From positions 1 to 20,121 of the forward strand of contig JBNKNM010000092.1 in assembly GCA_050293845.1 (NCBI GenBank): DNA of 20,121 nt, read 5' to 3'. The stretch's first letter is position 1. The number at the start of each line of letters is the position of its first letter. The position numbers were made by a program, and so were the translations under genes. The notes under the pieces were generated by a model. It ran no database searches. It was given only the letters and a program-made list of their open reading frames with translations, and was not told the origin of the DNA. This document shows positions 15,162 through 20,121 of the stretch, piece after piece. This DNA is from Pseudobacteriovorax sp. (GTDB lineage: Bacteria; Bdellovibrionota_B; Oligoflexia; Oligoflexales; Oligoflexaceae).

Positions 15162-16688
15162 TTAACGGATAGTATCTTCCACTGATTTGTGGGGGTGGAA
15201 TAGAGAACGAGGTATTTCAGGAAAAAGGGTATTTGCTAGTAAGCCATTTCCTAGTAATTCGTATAGGACGGTTTCATGGTAAATCACGTCATGATCGCCA
15301 AGGTGCTTACGGGCTAAGATCCAAAATGGAGATTGCGTCTCCATATAAACATTTTCATCATCAATCAATTCGGCAGCGACAAACACAGGGTTAAAGTGTG
15401 TGGCTTTTTGGGGGTTAGCCAGAAATTTTTCTTTATCCTCGGCGCTGGCGTGGGGAACCTCTAGGCAGAGAGTCGTTCTTCCATGTTTGGTGTTTATCAC
15501 CACAGGCGTACCTCCAATATCCTTCCCAGAATTGGGGACTTGGCCTAGGGTATTGACAGGGCGCTGATACAGCTTGCGAAGTAATTCTAAGGAATTTTCA
15601 ATGCTAAAATAGTTACTTACGGTTTCGGGATAGCATTGAAATACTTCGATCTGTAGTCGCCAAAGTTCTCGAACTTCAGAGCTTTGTTGCTCGATAAACT
15701 CATATGGTTCCGCAGGGGGGGGAACACAAATCTGCTCTCTTAAGTGTTTTGCCATTTTATTAGCCTTGGCAAGGTTACTTTCCTTTAATGCAGCTCTTAT
15801 ATTTTTGATGACCCCCAATACCAGTTGATGCTGCGCAAGAAAGGCCCTGGTCGCTTGTAGGGTACTTTCGTTAGTTCCCATAATATTATCGATATTACGA
15901 ATAAACAGGGAGTGACAGGGCGGAAAATATTTTTTTACGTCAGGAATGAGTTTTGCCAGAGTTCCATGCCCCGCTGGGACAGGAGAAAGCTGTTCGTGTT
16001 CGTTGCGAAAGGGAGAGCCATTCAAATGAAAACGGATCGTGGAGAGTTTAGGGCCCTGCTCCAAAAATAGCGGAGCACCTTCCTTTGGCACAGACTCAAT
16101 ATGCAAATTGGCAGCAAATTTTTCGGCCTTTCCAGGGGGCACGATATAGACTTCTCCTGCGATGCCCTCAATCGAGGCATTTTCCTGGTGCTTAGCATTA
16201 AGATAGCTAGTGTTGTCATGACGACATGGTTGCACTGCTTTTGGTTTTTGCAAGGCTTTGCGAATGTCATCAGCCTTTTCTAGGCAGACACGAGCCGATT
16301 TCAGCATAGAATCTTTGACGATCGGAGGTAGGCACCAACCGGCTAAGCCCTTTAGCTTTAGATGCTTTAGTTCGATCTCAACTTGCTCGGTATCGTTGGT
16401 TTCTATGCTTGCTAAAAATGGGTTGAGGCTTTTAAAGTATCGGGTAGCAGCTCCTGCAGAAGGGGTAAAACTGACATATCCGCTGGGGTCTGGCCATAAG
16501 TCCTTAGATAAAAATACCTGAGGAAGAATACCTCCATTATCAATGCGACAGGTATCATGAATGGCTATTGATGATTTAACTTGGTGGGAAAGACTTTGTA
16601 AAATCCGAGTCTGATGTAATATGATTTCATGGGGATTAAGACCGAGAGATCGTAGCTCTTCCACGTTCAATTCTTCATTGCTAATCAT
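15162..16688 (-). CDS. DUF4301-family protein (nucleotidyltransferase/UDPGP-like fold)
   Basis: FTPSAGAATRYFK, PAGHGTL, FIRNIDN, RPVNTLGQVPNSGKDIGGTP, ATHFNPV and LFHPHKSVED parallel the DUF4301 motifs as I recall them (FVPASGAASRMFK, GHGAL, FIKNIDN, ATHFNPV, FNPVKTV). Confidence 0.8.
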   Translation of the reverse strand: MISNEELNVEELRSLGLNPHEIILHQTRILQSLSHQVKSSIAIHDTCRIDNGGILPQVFLSKDLWPDPSGYVSFTPSAGAATRYFKSLNPFLASIETNDTEQVEIELKHLKLKGLAGWCLPPIVKDSMLKSARVCLEKADDIRKALQKPKAVQPCRHDNTSYLNAKHQENASIEGIAGEVYIVPPGKAEKFAANLHIESVPKEGAPLFLEQGPKLSTIRFHLNGSPFRNEHEQLSPVPAGHGTLAKLIPDVKKYFPPCHSLFIRNIDNIMGTNESTLQATRAFLAQHQLVLGVIKNIRAALKESNLAKANKMAKHLREQICVPPPAEPYEFIEQQSSEVRELWRLQIEVFQCYPETVSNYFSIENSLELLRKLYQRPVNTLGQVPNSGKDIGGTPVVINTKHGRTTLCLEVPHASAEDKEKFLANPQKATHFNPVFVAAELIDDENVYMETQSPFWILARKHLGDHDVIYHETVLYELLGNGLLANTLFPEIPRSLFHPHKSVEDTIR

Positions 16689-17929
16689 TTGCTAACACCT
16701 TGATGTTGATATCGCCAAATACTTAAAGACCGACGCGCCATATCTCTAACACGTTTAGAGTCATCCTGTACCATAGCTTTTAAGTAGGGCTCGACAAGTT
16801 CGCTGCTTGGAAAGTTTGCTAGGGCGCTACAAACTTCGCTTTTGGCCCACGAATTTAGGGTATTATGAGTGAGCCTCGGCAAAAGGTCTAGTGCGCAGTT
16901 TTTGTCCATGGAGACTAATCGTTCCAGAATAACTTTCAGGGTTTTAGGTCGCCATTGGGTGATGTTATCCAGGTTTGCTATTGCTTTAAGCTGATCGATT
17001 TTAAATTTGTTAAAGACTCGCCATTGAATGGGTTCCGGCAGTCTGCGAAGCTGGTTGAGAGCTGGGGGATTCGCACTCAAGGTATGAGCCAGTTTTCCAG
17101 CGATGATATCGAAACCTAGATGGCTTAACCGTAAAATTTTTTGTTGACCAACTTGTTCCTCATAAAGAAGTTGTAAATTTTGTAATTTACTGATGTGTGC
17201 AGCGTTGAGTATGGGGATTAGCTTGCTTAGCTCTTTTAGACTACGTCCTTGCCAACCGACTGCTTCGAGAATAGAAAAAAAGAAACTAACTCTAGAAAAT
17301 TCCATGCGTTCTTTTTTTTGAAACCTCTCCTGTTCAAAAAGATCACGCAAACGATAAAGGTCTATCATCCAGGGGGTTACTTTCAGCTCTTCATTGAGAT
17401 TGGTGAGGATTTCATTCATAAGGTGGACTAATTCGCTGGAAAAAATGTAGGTGGAATCGTCCTTGCTCGAAAGCTCTGCCACCGAGCTTAAAAATTGCAG
17501 AAGACTGCTCCCAAAACCAATGTCAGCTCTCAAAGACTGGTCTGAATCTGCAGTAACACAAGCTATTAAGATATGTCGCAAAAAATCTCGATCATAACGT
17601 TCGGTATTCCAGTCTTTTTCCACGGGGAAATAACTTTGCAAAAGTTCAATACAAACCTCAACAATCTCATAAGATTGTTGACTTGCTAAGTTGTATTCTG
17701 TTGTAGAAAAATCGACAGCAAGCTCTAAAAGAGCAGAAGAGTGTACCCATGATTGATGACGAAAAAATATATAACCCAAATCTATTTGAATAACTTTTAT
17801 TAAACCTAAAGGTAGTGTTTGCTGTGAGCTTTCTAGCTGAACTCTTATCATTTGAAAAATTTTCGAAATCAGGTCTTGGCATCGATGTTCCTTGAGAAAT
17901 TTTGCTTTGCCATACATTTCGTTGATCAT
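16685..17929 (-). CDS. Hypothetical protein with central winged-helix-like segment and C-terminal HEAT-like repeat
   Basis: ORF runs 16685-17998; the ATG at 17929 has GAGGT and AGGA upstream and is the more likely start. C-terminal AKSEVCSALANF...LKAMVQDDSKRVRDMARRSL is HEAT-like. Stop overlaps the DUF4301 start (ATGA). Confidence 0.75.
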   Translation of the reverse strand: MINEMYGKAKFLKEHRCQDLISKIFQMIRVQLESSQQTLPLGLIKVIQIDLGYIFFRHQSWVHSSALLELAVDFSTTEYNLASQQSYEIVEVCIELLQSYFPVEKDWNTERYDRDFLRHILIACVTADSDQSLRADIGFGSSLLQFLSSVAELSSKDDSTYIFSSELVHLMNEILTNLNEELKVTPWMIDLYRLRDLFEQERFQKKERMEFSRVSFFFSILEAVGWQGRSLKELSKLIPILNAAHISKLQNLQLLYEEQVGQQKILRLSHLGFDIIAGKLAHTLSANPPALNQLRRLPEPIQWRVFNKFKIDQLKAIANLDNITQWRPKTLKVILERLVSMDKNCALDLLPRLTHNTLNSWAKSEVCSALANFPSSELVEPYLKAMVQDDSKRVRDMARRSLSIWRYQHQGVSK

Positions 17930-18128
17930 ATATCCTATTACCTCTGTAGAATCTAATATATAAAATACTAGCAGATTTAATACTATTTTTGGAATCATTC
18001 AAATTGATTCGTCCATATTTATTTAGGCATCTGTGACAACTGCCGACACGATGATTAGAATCCTACATATAATGTGAGCAAAGACGAAACTATTACAAAT
18101 TTATTAATGAATTAGGTCAGTACGGTTG

Positions 18129-20121
18129 ATGCAAAGAGATCCTAAAAATCTGGCAAAACTTCTACTATCTATTGGTTTTGTAAAAGACGAAAATAGGATA
18201 AACTCCTATTCATTTCAAAATGATGTAGAAGCAGCTCTTGATAAACCCTGGCTTATTAATCGTTGGGTCATTACCAGTTCCCACGGTAAGTGGGAGACAG
18301 AACAAATTGATATTTGCACCGCAATCGAAACACTTGGTAACAGACTTGATCAAGCGTTTAAGGCTGTTTATGGTCCTAGTACCAAACTGGAACTTATTCC
18401 TGCTTTAAACTATGGAGTTTGGGTACTGGTGGAGCTTTTACAGACACAGCCAAAACAAGGCGAATTTCCCAATGGAACTATCGGATTTCATTTTAATTTA
18501 ACCAGTGAGGGAGATAGCTTATGCTTACATTTTTCTAAGCATTTTATTATTGGATATGCTCCCCCTCATTTCTTAGTGGAAACATCTTTTATATTTTTAA
18601 AATGCCTGAACTTCACCCACGAAAAAATAACGTATAAAAGAGGGATCTTTGAAAGTAGAGTAGATTTTGTTGACTTCTTGTTACACAACATAGATCGCCA
18701 TGACAAACTTTCTAAACTTAGGGAGCAGGCTGTTGATTTAGGGAATTCATTAAAGGAAGGAATAAAAACCCATCTGAAGTCGAGGTTTAATGGTCGTCAC
18801 TGGCAGATAACAGCTACAAATCTGGATAGTAGTCTTTTTGAGTTTGATGTGCCTCCTATAGAAATAGTTGAATCAAGAGAACTGGGAATAAAATTTCATA
18901 AGATTGACGGTCTCATATTGAATAATAAAATCTCAGAAGCAAAGCAGCTTTGTCATGCAGCATTAGAAGAAGAAGGAGACTCGCTCTTTCTTCTCAGGAG
19001 AATAAGTATCATCGCTTTAGCTGAAGAAAAGCCCATTTCAGAGTCTTTACTTAGCAGAATGTTATCTATTGATAGCGAAAATCTTTTGTTTCTATCCATA
19101 GCTAGCTATAGTGCAATGAAAGAGAATAGGACTAAAAATCAATTAAAATATTTATCAAAAATGGGCCAGTTATTAAATGAAGAATTGACAAATTTTGATG
19201 AATTGCAAACCATGGATATGGTCTTGCCAGAGTTATTGGGCGATGGCTGGGCTCCTGTAGATCTCCAAACAGCTCAAACCTGTTACCAGCGAGTTGTGCA
19301 AAAGCGAGGTGATGTACCACGGGTTCTAAGAAAGTTGGTAAGCATCGCGCGGGAGAGACAGGATATTAATGGCGAAATTCAGCTGTTGAGCCGACTAGTT
19401 GAGGTTGATACTGATAAGAATCTCGTAGCTGAAAATTATATGAGACTTGCCAATCTTTATCAAAGCAACGATATAAGGCTTGCAGCAGAGAATGCCCTTA
19501 GTGCTTGGAAGCTTGATCCTACGAATACCAATTATGCAGAATTTGCCGCATATGGTTTAGTGCAAAGTAAAGATTTTGAAAAGGCTGTGCGCGTTCTCGA
19601 TGATTGTCGTAAATTTATTGATTCTGTTGCGGATAATCAGAAAAAAATAAATCTGGAATTAGCCATTGCCAGAATTTGGTTCACTTTTTTAAAAAGGAAA
19701 GATCTGGCAAAACTTAGGATCGAGCATGCTTTATTGCTCATGCCAGACGATTTGGAAAATTTAAAGCGCTGCGAAGATATTAGCTTAGAGTTTGGCGAGG
19801 AATCATTACTCGTTGATATTCGTCAGAGAATATTCCATCAGGCCCTCCGCATTAGAAATAAAACTGAAGTTTTTCGCGTTGTGGATCACCTTCTCAAACA
19901 TTATAAAACTCAAGCGAATATGGATGCTCAAATTGTCAAAATTTATGAAAAATTAATCCAACACTATCTCATCAGTCATGAGGAACTTTACGGCCTATTA
20001 TCTTTGAAAAAAGTGAGTATCGATTGGACAAGATTGGTTGAAAATATTGAAAATCATGTAGATGCAGAAAAAGACATCGATAAACAACCTTATCTCATAT
20101 TTATGGGAGAAGTTTCGCAAT
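18129..20121 (+). CDS. Large TPR-repeat protein, N-terminal 664 aa; 3' end lies outside the window
   Basis: Translated by hand: MQRDPKNLAKLLLSIGF...PYLIFMGEVSQ with no stop to the window end; in-frame TGA at 18108 bounds the start (ATG 18129 or TTG 18126, AGGT upstream). TPR-like segments TAQTCYQRVVQKRGD, YMRLANLY...AAENALSAWKLDPTN, IEHALLLMPDDLENL. Confidence 0.85.
   Translation, partial: MQRDPKNLAKLLLSIGFVKDENRINSYSFQNDVEAALDKPWLINRWVITSSHGKWETEQIDICTAIETLGNRLDQAFKAVYGPSTKLELIPALNYGVWVLVELLQTQPKQGEFPNGTIGFHFNLTSEGDSLCLHFSKHFIIGYAPPHFLVETSFIFLKCLNFTHEKITYKRGIFESRVDFVDFLLHNIDRHDKLSKLREQAVDLGNSLKEGIKTHLKSRFNGRHWQITATNLDSSLFEFDVPPIEIVESRELGIKFHKIDGLILNNKISEAKQLCHAALEEEGDSLFLLRRISIIALAEEKPISESLLSRMLSIDSENLLFLSIASYSAMKENRTKNQLKYLSKMGQLLNEELTNFDELQTMDMVLPELLGDGWAPVDLQTAQTCYQRVVQKRGDVPRVLRKLVSIARERQDINGEIQLLSRLVEVDTDKNLVAENYMRLANLYQSNDIRLAAENALSAWKLDPTNTNYAEFAAYGLVQSKDFEKAVRVLDDCRKFIDSVADNQKKINLELAIARIWFTFLKRKDLAKLRIEHALLLMPDDLENLKRCEDISLEFGEESLLVDIRQRIFHQALRIRNKTEVFRVVDHLLKHYKTQANMDAQIVKIYEKLIQHYLISHEELYGLLSLKKVSIDWTRLVENIENHVDAEKDIDKQPYLIFMGEVSQ

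Noticed and set aside
17930..17998. 23-codon N-terminal extension of the wHTH/HEAT ORF given in the track
   Set aside because: No RBS before 17998, whereas GAGGT/AGGA precede the ATG at 17929.
440..19320. Short overlapping ORFs in the track (440-646, 1953-2147, 2974-3216, 3071-3382, 5457-5726, 5910-6095, 6205-6615, 7739-8053, 8540-9004, 9796-10002, 9810-9995, 10211-10396, 13069-13353, 14612-14830, 16022-16270, 16101-16283, 16258-16521, 17249-17431, 17667-18002, 19132-19320)
   Set aside because: Antisense or off-frame shadows of well-supported genes, or overlaps with them, with no recognisable motifs.
1..20121. CRISPR arrays, tRNA/rRNA genes, IS elements, prophage or anti-phage defence genes
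   Set aside because: No regularly spaced repeats, cloverleaf motifs, transposase/integrase motifs, or nuclease/reverse-transcriptase signatures seen by eye.

Overview
A 20.1-kb, moderately AT-rich bacterial chromosome segment made up mostly of housekeeping genes. The gene styles (2-TM/HAMP-only protein, receiver-PilZ protein, FapA/DUF342, LonC-type protease, large TPR protein) suggest a deltaproteobacterial-type organism such as Oligoflexia/Bdellovibrionota; this is inference only. Order: 3' end of a secretin-like gene (+); a minus-strand run of hypothetical - Lon-like protease - epmA, preceded by an unannotated 33-aa Arg/Lys-rich small ORF with structured RNA beside it; HAMP protein, rlmN and a FapA-family gene (+); pseudo-receiver/PilZ (-); tlyA (+); then, all on the minus strand, an NPEPL1-like M17 aminopeptidase, serB, a LysR regulator, an 87-aa hypothetical, a DUF4301 protein and a wHTH/HEAT-like protein; and finally a >664-aa TPR protein (+) that runs off the window and is absent from the ORF track. 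I found no rRNA, tRNA, CRISPR array, transposase or recognisable defence system. The best leads are the small basic ORF at 4925-5026, the ~100-nt closed stem-loop upstream of serB, the eukaryote-like aminopeptidase, and the wHTH/HEAT-DUF4301 pair. All family calls come from motifs read by eye, not database searches.
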